Positions 27,016-35,445 of a stretch of DNA of 35,445 nucleotides are shown here, one piece after another (position 1 is the first letter of the stretch; each line of letters starts with the position of its first letter). The translations under genes and the position numbers were made by a program. Below the pieces are notes generated by a model, which searched no databases, was not told where the DNA came from, and saw only the letters and a list, made by a program, of their open reading frames with translations. Origin of the DNA: Pseudobacteriovorax sp. (lineage in GTDB: Bacteria > Bdellovibrionota_B > Oligoflexia > Oligoflexales > Oligoflexaceae); contig JBNKNM010000003.1 of NCBI GenBank assembly GCA_050293845.1, positions 1 to 35,445 on the forward strand, in the 5' to 3' direction.

Positions 27016-27429
27016 TTATGGATTAGAGCTTTTATCTTTTTGAGAACTCTTTTGCTCTTTCCATTTCTGGAATTTTTCTAAATCCCCCTTAAGGGAACCT
27101 AGGACAAAGCTCAAGACGGTGACATCATCGATCAACCCCTTTAATGGAATAAAGTCAGGAATAAAATCGAGAGGATTTAAAAAATAAATCAAAGACCCCA
27201 CGAAAAGGACAATACTTTGCCAAGGTATTTCTCTATATTGTCCTTTTATATAAGACTTCAGCATTTCCATGCCAGTAATGAGATCCTGTTTGATAGCTGT
27301 AAACTTTGGAATCTTGACCTGAGCTATTTTCCGCTGGACCCGATTGACGAATTCCAGGGATCGGTTTCCTTCGGATAAAATTTTCTCAGCTGGTTTTTTT
27401 AGGCGATCTAAAACTGACTGAACATTCAT
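27016..27429 (-). CDS. YkvA/DUF1232 family membrane protein
   Basis: GQYREIPW, YFLNPLDFIPDFIP..GLIDD. Confidence 0.9.
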   Translation of the reverse strand: MNVQSVLDRLKKPAEKILSEGNRSLEFVNRVQRKIAQVKIPKFTAIKQDLITGMEMLKSYIKGQYREIPWQSIVLFVGSLIYFLNPLDFIPDFIPLKGLIDDVTVLSFVLGSLKGDLEKFQKWKEQKSSQKDKSSNP

Positions 27430-27437
27430 AATATTTC

Positions 27438-28184
27438 CTAATGACGAATAATTTGTTGTAAGAATCTTTGGCTGCGTTCTGTCTTCGGATGATTGAAAAA
27501 TTCTTCTGGTGGGGCTTGCTCTACAATCATACCTTCATCCATAAACACGACCCTATCAGCAATCTCCCGTGCAAAACCCATTTCGTGGGTCACGCAGATC
27601 ATAGTCATACCAGACTTTGCTAATTCTACCATGACTTCTAGGACTTCTGAAATCATCTCTGGATCCAGCGCTGAAGTTGGTTCGTCAAAGAGCATCAACT
27701 GGGGATTCATACAAAGCGCTCGAGCTATGGCGACACGCTGCTGCTGCCCTCCAGACAATTGATGAGGCATCTTTTCAGCTTGTTCTTCAATGCGCACCCG
27801 TTCGAGCAATTGCCTGGCTTGTTTCTCGACATTCTGACGATCTCTTTTCTGAACCCAGATGGGCGCTAGGCAGATGTTTTCGAGAACAGAAAGATGAGGA
27901 AAGAGATTAAACTGCTGAAACACCATCCCCACTGATAGCCTTACATTTTCAAAATCCTTCTCTTTCTTTATGCTCACCCCCACAACTTCCAGTTCGCCAT
28001 CATCTAAGCGCTCAAGCCCATTCAGGCAACGGATAAGAGTTGACTTCCCTGACCCTGAAGGGCCACAAATAACAACCTTATCCCCTTTAGCAACTTTAAG
28101 GTCGATACTACGCAAAACCTGAAGTGCTCCGAAAGAATTCTGAGCTCCCGTTACCCTAACAATCATGTCTTCTTCAACTGGCAT
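27438..28184 (-). CDS. aapP: General L-amino acid ABC transporter ATP-binding subunit
   Basis: [45 protein letters not shown]. Confidence 0.9.
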   Translation of the reverse strand: MPVEEDMIVRVTGAQNSFGALQVLRSIDLKVAKGDKVVICGPSGSGKSTLIRCLNGLERLDDGELEVVGVSIKKEKDFENVRLSVGMVFQQFNLFPHLSVLENICLAPIWVQKRDRQNVEKQARQLLERVRIEEQAEKMPHQLSGGQQQRVAIARALCMNPQLMLFDEPTSALDPEMISEVLEVMVELAKSGMTMICVTHEMGFAREIADRVVFMDEGMIVEQAPPEEFFNHPKTERSQRFLQQIIRH

Positions 28185-28193
28185 CAAAGCTCC

Positions 28194-29228
28194 CTATGAG
28201 GATAACCTGGTCTCTACTCGCATACTAAGGCGTGACATAGTAAAACAAAACAAAAAATATACCATCGCGATAAAGATATAAGCTTCTAAGGAATAACCTA
28301 ACCATTCAGGATCTGAGAGTGCCGATTGCACCACCCCCAATAAATCAAAGAGCCCCACAATAAGGACCAGAGTAGTATCTTTAAATAAACTGATAAATGT
28401 ATTTACGATGCCAGGAATCACATGCTTTAAAGCTTGGGGTAATATTATTAAAGCCATCCCTTTTCCGTAACCAAAACCCAAAGCCTTTGCGGCATGGTAC
28501 TGACCGGCATCGATGGCTTGCAACCCCCCACGCACAACTTCAGCCATATAGGCTGCAGAAAACAAAGTTACCCCAAGCAAGCAGCGCAACAGTTTATCGG
28601 TATTCCAACCGGGGGGGAAAAATAACGGAAGCATCACGGATGCCATAAACAGAACTGTTATTAGGGGCACTCCTCGCCAGAACTCAATATTTCCTATACA
28701 TAGCCACCGGATGATAGGTAAGGGGGATATGCGACCTAAAGCTAACAAAATTCCCAGGGGTAATGATGCCATAATGCCAATAAGCGAAATGACCAGAGTC
28801 AGGAGCAACCCTCCCCATTGATCCGTTGCAACAATTTTCAATCCTGGGAACCCACCATATACCACCCCCCAGGTTAAGAGAAGTAAGACGCAAAAGCTAA
28901 TCAGAAAGAATAATATCTGTGTCACCCCCCTTCTGGTGGCGCTGTAGACCAAGCAGGCCAGAAAAACAATGAACGCGACAACAGGTCGCCACTGCTCTTC
29001 TTCGTCATAAAAACCAAAGAAAATCTGTTCCATGCGTACCTTAATAAAAACCCAGCATGCGCCGCCGCTTGAACAAGCGGTGCGCGTGTCTCCAGCAAAG
29101 TCAGCTGATATAACGAACCAATCTACAATCTTGGGTATTAGATAGAGGGCTAAAGCTACAATGGCTAGAGTAAAAATCGTATCGATAGGATTCCTGAATA
29201 ATTTACTTTTAAGCCAAGTATAGATCAT
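28194..29228 (-). CDS. aapM: General L-amino acid ABC transporter permease
   Basis: GACW, QWGGLLLT, RGVPLITVLFM, AEVVRGGLQA, FKDTTLV. Confidence 0.9.
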   Translation of the reverse strand: MIYTWLKSKLFRNPIDTIFTLAIVALALYLIPKIVDWFVISADFAGDTRTACSSGGACWVFIKVRMEQIFFGFYDEEEQWRPVVAFIVFLACLVYSATRRGVTQILFFLISFCVLLLLTWGVVYGGFPGLKIVATDQWGGLLLTLVISLIGIMASLPLGILLALGRISPLPIIRWLCIGNIEFWRGVPLITVLFMASVMLPLFFPPGWNTDKLLRCLLGVTLFSAAYMAEVVRGGLQAIDAGQYHAAKALGFGYGKGMALIILPQALKHVIPGIVNTFISLFKDTTLVLIVGLFDLLGVVQSALSDPEWLGYSLEAYIFIAMVYFLFCFTMSRLSMRVETRLSS

Positions 29229-30382
29229 GCTCGCTCTCGCTGGTTTGTGTGAAGATTATAGCGATTCATCAATAGAGAAATAATTAGGCTTATCGAAAGA
29301 TAGACAAACATAGTCAACAAAATAATCTCAAAGGCTTGCCCTGTTTGGTTGAGAACAGTTCCTGCAAAGACTAAAACCAGATCGGGAAACGCGATGGCTG
29401 ACGCTAAAGACGAGTTCTTTGTAAGGTTTAAGAACTGGCTTGTTAGCGGGGGTATAATGACCTTCATAGCTTGTGGGATCACAATAAGACGTAAGGTTTG
29501 CCAGCGCGAAAGCCCCAAAGCAAAAGCGGATTCATGCTGACCTTTTGATACGGATAATATACCAGCTCTGACAATCTCTGCAATAAATGCCGCTGTATAG
29601 CTTGCTAGGGCCACAACCATAGCAACAAATTCCGGTGGTAATTGAAGACCTCCCTTAAAGTTAAACCCCATGAGTTGGGGGAATTCTATGTTCCATCGCG
29701 ACGATCCTAGGGTTACCAGTATGATAGCGCCACCAGTTAGCAGAAAGGTCTTTGAATGTCTCTTCCAGAAGGGAGTCCGAAAGTATTTCATTGCAATGAG
29801 GGTCAATACCACAACCATTATCCCCCCTATTACCATAGCCTGGCTTTCCAAAGTCATGCTAGGTATATATAAGCCTCTGATATTCAAAAAAACCATATCA
29901 GCCAATGAGAGACTTTGTTTGGGTGCTGGTAGAGACTGTAACACCGCAAAGTACCAAAAAAATATCTGTAATAACAAAGGAACATTACGCAACGTTTCTA
30001 CATATATGGCCGCAAGGCCAGAGACCAAAAGGTTTGTTGATAAACGGGCTATGCCCACCAAAAATCCTATGAGTGTTGCGAGGATGACCCCCAGGGCCGC
30101 AAGTACCAGAGTATTAAGGATAGCAACCCAGAAAGCTCGCAAGTAAGTGGAAGACTCCTGATAGGAGATCAAATGGAAGGAAATATCAAATCCGGCTTTC
30201 TCCGTCAAAAAGCCAAACCCTGAACTAATGCCTCGGGTTTCCAAATTTTGGAATAGATTATAACCCAGGTATATCATGAAAATAAACAGCAGCCCCAGAA
30301 CCCCAAGCTGCCAGAAGATATGTCTTTGAAACTTTATTTGTCTCATGTTTGGTATACAATTCGCTAAGTGGTTTACCATCAA
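29225..30382 (-). CDS. aapQ: General L-amino acid ABC transporter permease
   Basis: GFGFL...AGFDI, RNVPLLLQ, GFNFKGG, AFIAEIVRAGI, NLTKNSSLA. Confidence 0.9.
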   Translation of the reverse strand: MMVNHLANCIPNMRQIKFQRHIFWQLGVLGLLFIFMIYLGYNLFQNLETRGISSGFGFLTEKAGFDISFHLISYQESSTYLRAFWVAILNTLVLAALGVILATLIGFLVGIARLSTNLLVSGLAAIYVETLRNVPLLLQIFFWYFAVLQSLPAPKQSLSLADMVFLNIRGLYIPSMTLESQAMVIGGIMVVVLTLIAMKYFRTPFWKRHSKTFLLTGGAIILVTLGSSRWNIEFPQLMGFNFKGGLQLPPEFVAMVVALASYTAAFIAEIVRAGILSVSKGQHESAFALGLSRWQTLRLIVIPQAMKVIIPPLTSQFLNLTKNSSLASAIAFPDLVLVFAGTVLNQTGQAFEIILLTMFVYLSISLIISLLMNRYNLHTNQRERA

Positions 30383-31392
30383 CGAAAGGGCATCGCATAG
30401 TGCAAACCACCATCACGCCAAAGCTTATTAAGCCCTCGGGAAATTTTTAACGGGCTTTGCTGGCCGAGATTTTTTTCGTAAAGCTGACCATAATTGCCCA
30501 TCTGCTGGATGACCTTATAGGCCCATTTAGGATCAAGTCCCATTTGTTTACCGAAACTTCCCTCGACACCTAATAGACGCTTGATATTCGGGTTTGATGA
30601 TTTAAGCAACTCCTTAACATTTTTGCTACTGATACCTAATTCCTCGGCCTCTAACAGCGCATACAATGTCCACCGCACTATATCGGCCCATTGATCATCA
30701 CCCTGGCGTACTGATGGGCCCAGTGGCTCCTTGGAAATGATTTCTGGTAAAATCATGTGATCCGCAGGCTTTTTCAGAATCTGCTGGGTAGCATATAAGC
30801 CAGATTGATCGTTAGAAAGAACGTCGCAACGGCCAGCATCATAGGCTTTGGTCACCTCATCATTTTTTTCAAAAGCAACAATTTTATAAGTCATTTTCTG
30901 GGAAAGAAAATAGTCGGCAAGATTTAGCTCCGTGGTCGTCCCCAAGTTTACACAAACTGTAGCTCCATCGAGTTCCTTGGCTGATTTGACACCCGCGTCT
31001 TTCCGGATCATAAACCCTTGCCCGTCATAATATGTTACACCAACAAAGTCTAAACCGAGACTGACGTCCCGAGAAATAGTCCAGGTGGTATTACGAGATA
31101 ATACGTCAATCTCTCCTGATTGTAAGGCTGTGAACCGCTCTTTTGCAGAGAGGGGGGTGAACTTAACTTTTTTTGCATCCCCCAAAACAGCAGCGCTAAG
31201 CGCTCGGCAAAAATCAACATCAATACCTTGCCATGTTCCTTTTTTGTTAGTGCTGGAAAACCCAGGTAATCCAAAGTTTACCCCACACTTAATGTGACCT
31301 CGTCGCTTAATGAGCTCTAAGGTCGATGGGGTCGCAGCAGCAGTATGACATACAAACACAGCCAATAACATGCTAGTAATTCTAGCTCCCAT
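30379..31392 (-). CDS. aapJ: General L-amino acid ABC transporter substrate-binding protein
   Basis: CGVNFGLPGFS, RFTALQSGEIDVLSRNTTWT, YYDGQGF, GTTTELN, ISKEPLGP, GNYGQ; ATG 31392 after SD AGGAG. Confidence 0.92.
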   Translation of the reverse strand: MGARITSMLLAVFVCHTAAATPSTLELIKRRGHIKCGVNFGLPGFSSTNKKGTWQGIDVDFCRALSAAVLGDAKKVKFTPLSAKERFTALQSGEIDVLSRNTTWTISRDVSLGLDFVGVTYYDGQGFMIRKDAGVKSAKELDGATVCVNLGTTTELNLADYFLSQKMTYKIVAFEKNDEVTKAYDAGRCDVLSNDQSGLYATQQILKKPADHMILPEIISKEPLGPSVRQGDDQWADIVRWTLYALLEAEELGISSKNVKELLKSSNPNIKRLLGVEGSFGKQMGLDPKWAYKVIQQMGNYGQLYEKNLGQQSPLKISRGLNKLWRDGGLHYAMPFR

Positions 31393-31586
31393 TTCCACTC
31401 CTTCTGTGCTGGTTAAGCAGGATCTTTTTTTAAAAGTTTATAGCAAATCTTGCGATTATAGCAAACACACTAGAGATCTTCAAAAGCTGAAACCAGATGG
31501 AGGTGCTGCGGCATTGCAAGCCAGTTGCCCGGAATGTAGGAATAAGATAGAAATGGGGGTCTAATAATGGAGATTAGGACTTTCCT

Positions 31587-32273
31587 ATGTCACAATTACA
31601 ACACTCGATGTTTCATTCCGTCTTCTTCCCCGATGAAAATGAGGAAGGTGGCACCATTGAATCTCAGCTGCTCTTGCAAAAAGTTCTACGCTATCGCGCT
31701 CCCGTTGACCGTGCTATTAAGACTTGCCGCATGGTGGTTTTTGATTTTGAAACCACGGGTCTTGACCCACAAAAAGATCGTATCATTGAAATTGGCGGAC
31801 TTCTGGTGGAAAAAGGGATTGCTGTCGATGAGTTTTCATCGCTCATCAAGCCCGATATCCCATTGCCAGAAACATCAACTAAAATAACAGGTATCACAGA
31901 AGACATGCTGAAAGATCAGCCGTCCATTGAAGAGAAGCTTCCTGAGTTTCTCAACTTTATCGAGGGTTCTATCCTAGTCGCACATAATGCAGAGTTTGAC
32001 ATGGGTTTTTTGCGAAATACCTGTCACCGACTCGGATATCAGATCCAGTGGCCATGCTTTTGTACCCTAAAATTAGCCCGCAACTTACTACCAGACCTGG
32101 AAAGCAAAAACCTTGATACCCTTGCAGCGCACTATGGGCTCACATTTGAGTCACGACACAGATCTATCGGTGACTGTAAAGTGACCAGCTCTGTGCTGCA
32201 ATCCTTTCTGAATAACGAAGGAAATCATCTGGTGAACTGGAGAGACTTTGAACCCTTTGCTGTAGGAAAATAG
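31587..32273 (+). CDS. DEDDh 3'-5' exonuclease (DnaQ/epsilon-like)
   Basis: ExoI VFDFETTG, ExoII AHNAEFD, ExoIII HRSIGD. Confidence 0.9.
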   Translation: MSQLQHSMFHSVFFPDENEEGGTIESQLLLQKVLRYRAPVDRAIKTCRMVVFDFETTGLDPQKDRIIEIGGLLVEKGIAVDEFSSLIKPDIPLPETSTKITGITEDMLKDQPSIEEKLPEFLNFIEGSILVAHNAEFDMGFLRNTCHRLGYQIQWPCFCTLKLARNLLPDLESKNLDTLAAHYGLTFESRHRSIGDCKVTSSVLQSFLNNEGNHLVNWRDFEPFAVGK

Positions 32274-32278
32274 CGCCC

Positions 32279-33883
32279 ATGAGAATCGAATCCAAAATTG
32301 ACAGCCAGTCGCAGACTTATCAAGAAAATGCTCAGCACCATCAAAGTGCTGCCGAGGAGCTGCGGCAAAAACTTTCCCAAGCTGCCTTGGGTGGAGGTAG
32401 CCGCGCTGTCGATTACTTGAAAGATCAAGGAAAAATGACAGCACGGGAACGGATAAACTTTCTCGTGGACCCAAACACCCATTTCCTTGAATTATCCGCG
32501 CTGGCTGGCGAAAAGCTATATAATACCCCCGTGCCTAGCGGAGGTATTATTACAGGAATTGGCTCCGTTCATGGCCGCCCTTGTATGATTGTAGCCAATG
32601 ATGCCTCCGTTAAGGGAGGCACCTACTTTCCCATCACCGTTAAAAAACACCTGCGTGCGCAAGAAATTGCCGAGCAAAATCACCTTCCCTGCATCTACTT
32701 GGTTGATTCGGGTGGTGCTTTTTTACCCATGCAGGATGAAGTTTTTCCAGATAAAGACGACTTTGGCAGAATCTTCTTTAACCAAGCTCGCATGAGTGCC
32801 AAGGGAATCCAGCAAATATCAGCGGTCCATGGGTTTTGTACGGCAGGAGGCGCCTATATTCCAGCTATGTCGGATCAGAGCGTTATCGTTAAAGGCACAG
32901 GAACCATATTCCTTGCCGGCCCACCTTTGGTCAAAGCTGCCACAGGGGAAGATGTCACGGCAGAAGAGCTAGGGGGTGCTAAGGTCCATACTAGCATCAG
33001 TGGAGTAGCTGACCATATGGCGGAATCTGATAGTCATGCTTTGGAGATTATTCGCCAAATTGTCAAGCATCTCGGTCAAAAAAAACCCGCAGAGACGAGG
33101 CTAGAGACTTCCCGGGAACCCGCCTACGATCCACAGGAGCTTTTGGGAGTGATCCCCAAAGACCCTAGAAAAGCTTACGATATCCGCGAGATTATCGCTA
33201 GGATTGTGGATGCTTCAGAGCTGTTCGAGTTTAAACCCGAGTACGGTACCACCTTGATCACAGGCTTTTCCCATATTAACGGTATCCCTGTAGGGATTAT
33301 TGCCAACAATGGAGTTCTGTTTTCTGAAAGTGCCTTAAAAGGCTGCCATTTTATCGAGATCTGTACCCAAGAGAACATTCCCCTATTATTTTTACAAAAT
33401 ATCACAGGTTTCATTGTAGGTAAAAAATACGAACATGGCGGTATTGCCAAAGATGGCGCAAAGCTTGTCCATGCCGTTGCCAATGCCAATGTTCCCAAAT
33501 TAACCCTGATCGTTGGCGGCAGCTATGGTGCTGGTAATTACGGTATGTGTGGACGCGCCTATGACCCACGCTTTCTTTTTATGTGGCCAAATGCACGCAT
33601 TTCGGTCATGGGAGGCGATCAAGCGGCAAACGTCCTGGCAACGGTCAAACAGCAACAACAAGAAAAAAAGGGAATTTCCCTGTCGCCTGAGGAGATTGAT
33701 GAGATCCGTAGGCCAATATTGGCTAAGTATGAAACGGAAAGCTCAGCCTACTACTCTTCAGCTAGGCTTTGGGATGATGGTATTATCGACCCGAGGGATA
33801 CCCGTAAGGTGCTCGCCATGGCCCTTAGTGCCACCATTCACCATAAGTGGAATAAAACAGAAAACGGAATTTTCCGCATGTAA
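32279..33883 (+). CDS. Methylcrotonyl-CoA carboxylase beta subunit (LiuB/AtuC-type carboxyltransferase)
   Basis: [65 protein letters not shown]. Confidence 0.9.
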   Translation: MRIESKIDSQSQTYQENAQHHQSAAEELRQKLSQAALGGGSRAVDYLKDQGKMTARERINFLVDPNTHFLELSALAGEKLYNTPVPSGGIITGIGSVHGRPCMIVANDASVKGGTYFPITVKKHLRAQEIAEQNHLPCIYLVDSGGAFLPMQDEVFPDKDDFGRIFFNQARMSAKGIQQISAVHGFCTAGGAYIPAMSDQSVIVKGTGTIFLAGPPLVKAATGEDVTAEELGGAKVHTSISGVADHMAESDSHALEIIRQIVKHLGQKKPAETRLETSREPAYDPQELLGVIPKDPRKAYDIREIIARIVDASELFEFKPEYGTTLITGFSHINGIPVGIIANNGVLFSESALKGCHFIEICTQENIPLLFLQNITGFIVGKKYEHGGIAKDGAKLVHAVANANVPKLTLIVGGSYGAGNYGMCGRAYDPRFLFMWPNARISVMGGDQAANVLATVKQQQQEKKGISLSPEEIDEIRRPILAKYETESSAYYSSARLWDDGIIDPRDTRKVLAMALSATIHHKWNKTENGIFRM

Positions 33884-33915
33884 GTATAGATTACGAAATG
33901 AGTAGAGGGGCAAGT

Positions 33916-35445
33916 ATGACTAAAAAAACAATAAAAATTGGCAATGCCGGCGGTTATTGGGGTGACGATCCCAGCGCATTATATCGCCAGGTTACTGGGG
34001 GACATCTGGATTATATTACAATCGACTTTCTTGCAGAGATAACCATGTCTATCATGCAAAAACAGCAGGCAAGGGACCCGTCTTTGGGCTATGCCCGCGA
34101 TTTTATCGCAATGCTCCGTCCCGTCCTTAAGTCGATCATTGCAAACAAAACCACCATCATAACCAATGCCGGGGGCATCAATCCCCAGGGCTGCGCTAAA
34201 GCCATCGCTGCTCTGGGAGCAGAGCTTGGCGTTAAGCCTAAAATTTCTATTGTCTATGGTGATGACATCCTTAATAGCATCGATGAGCTAAGCTCTAAAG
34301 GTGCTAGTTTCACAAACATGGAAACCGGCGAAAACTTCGCCCCAGTCAAAGATAGGATAGAAGCCGCCAATATCTATTTTGGAGCAGCACCTGTGGTGGA
34401 AGCTCTTCGTCATGCCCCCGACATTATCATCACGGGGCGCGTGACCGACACCGGTATCACCATGGCAGCTATGATTCATGAGTTCGGCTGGGCTTTAGAT
34501 GATTGGGATAAACTCGCCCATGGCATTGTCGCCGGTCACATTATGGAATGTGGAACCCAAGCCACCGGGGGCAATTTTACTGATTGGGAGCAAGTTCCCT
34601 CCTTCGATCAGGTAGGGTTTCCGATCGTCGAAGTCTGCGAAGACGGTACTTTTATTGTAACTAAGCACGAGAATACTGGAGGGTTGGTTGCCGTCGATAC
34701 GGTACGCGAGCAGCTATTTTATGAAATGGGCAACCCTACTGCCTATATTACACCAGATGTCATTGCCGATTTTTCAACGATTGTTTTAGCTGATGCTGGC
34801 AGCAACAAAGTTAAGGTTTCAGGCGTTAAGGGATATGCTCCTACGCCTCTTTACAAAGTATCGATGGCCTATGAGGATGGTTTCAAAGCCCAAGGCTCGA
34901 TCATTATTTCCGGCCCTAATGCCCGCAAAAAAGCGGAGAAGTTCAGTGAGATTTTTTGGAAGCGCTGCGAAGGTGAGTTTGAAGAAACCCTTACCGAATA
35001 CGTGGGTTGGAATGCGTGCCAGCGATCTCTCGTCCATCGCGATGACGGCAATGAGATTCTGTTGCGCCTAGGAGTTCGTGCTGCAGAGCAGGCTCAACTG
35101 TATAAATTTTCAAAATTAATTCCCTCCCTCATACTAAGCGGGCCTCCAGGGGTAGCCGTATTGGGAGGTGTTCCCAAGCCACAGAAAGTGGTAAGTTACT
35201 GGCCGGCCCTTATTCCTAAAGATATCTGTCACCCCATAATTGCACGCTATGAAAACGATGCTCTAGCCGATGTCCAAGAAGTGACAAGTACAGCAACAGG
35301 AAACTTTGAACCCCAGGAAAAAAATGCCCAAACGGCATCAGCAGCGACAGAAACCATAGAAACCTGCATCTTAAAGCAAAGCATGGACTGGCCCTTGCTA
35401 TCCCAAATATGCCTTGCCAGAAGTGGTGACAAAGGTGATACGGCA
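33916..35445 (+). CDS. AtuA-family (DUF1446) acyclic terpene utilisation protein, 3'-truncated by window edge
   Basis: Missing from the ORF track because no stop falls in the window. Manual translation gives MTKKTIKIGNAGGYWGDD..., DFLAEITM, NAGGINP, TGRVTD, GHIMECGTQATGGNF, ending LARSGDKGDTA; SD AGAGGGG. Confidence 0.9.
   Translation, partial: MTKKTIKIGNAGGYWGDDPSALYRQVTGGHLDYITIDFLAEITMSIMQKQQARDPSLGYARDFIAMLRPVLKSIIANKTTIITNAGGINPQGCAKAIAALGAELGVKPKISIVYGDDILNSIDELSSKGASFTNMETGENFAPVKDRIEAANIYFGAAPVVEALRHAPDIIITGRVTDTGITMAAMIHEFGWALDDWDKLAHGIVAGHIMECGTQATGGNFTDWEQVPSFDQVGFPIVEVCEDGTFIVTKHENTGGLVAVDTVREQLFYEMGNPTAYITPDVIADFSTIVLADAGSNKVKVSGVKGYAPTPLYKVSMAYEDGFKAQGSIIISGPNARKKAEKFSEIFWKRCEGEFEETLTEYVGWNACQRSLVHRDDGNEILLRLGVRAAEQAQLYKFSKLIPSLILSGPPGVAVLGGVPKPQKVVSYWPALIPKDICHPIIARYENDALADVQEVTSTATGNFEPQEKNAQTASAATETIETCILKQSMDWPLLSQICLARSGDKGDTA

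Noticed and set aside
29670..30146. 158-aa antisense ORF in aapQ and similar antisense ORFs in nadC, aapP and the carboxyltransferase
   Set aside because: Fully nested opposite well-conserved genes and without motifs
31587..32273. DnaQ-like exonuclease as part of a defence or CRISPR adaptation system
   Set aside because: Neighbours are transport and catabolic genes; no cas, retron or toxin genes nearby
1..35445. Prophage, IS element or genomic island
   Set aside because: No integrase, transposase, phage structural gene or terminal repeats recognised

Overview
A gene-dense bacterial chromosomal segment of moderate GC made up mostly of core functions. The RomR-like regulator, delta-type CcmF, RdgC-like protein, stand-alone HD-GYP proteins and sigma28-like promoters suggest Bdellovibrionota/Oligoflexia or a related 'deltaproteobacterial' lineage (inference). 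In order: a 5'-truncated GAF/HD-GYP phosphodiesterase, aat, rpsU, yigZ, a hotdog/CcmI-C-terminal/TldD operon, an acidic Cys-rich lipoprotein, a second HD-GYP protein, a cytochrome c maturation operon (ccmF, ccmH, CcmI N-terminal fragment, two accessory genes), mtaB, a DCC oxidoreductase, thiI, a DOMON-like gene, a romR-like gene followed by nadC and a birA/coaX fusion, rdgC-like and ICMT-family genes, efp, a Cys-rich NlpC/P60 hydrolase, a possible degenerate PilZ protein, panP, DUF1232, aapJQMP, a DnaQ-like exonuclease, an MCC-type carboxyltransferase and a 3'-truncated AtuA-family gene. I see no rRNA, tRNA, CRISPR array, transposase, integrase or recognisable defence system, and no clearly new system. 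The best leads are an apparently split CcmI with uncharacterised ccm-linked genes, the BirA-CoaX fusion, an unpartnered TldD, recurring FliA-like promoters including a possible small RNA, and a few structured intergenic regions.
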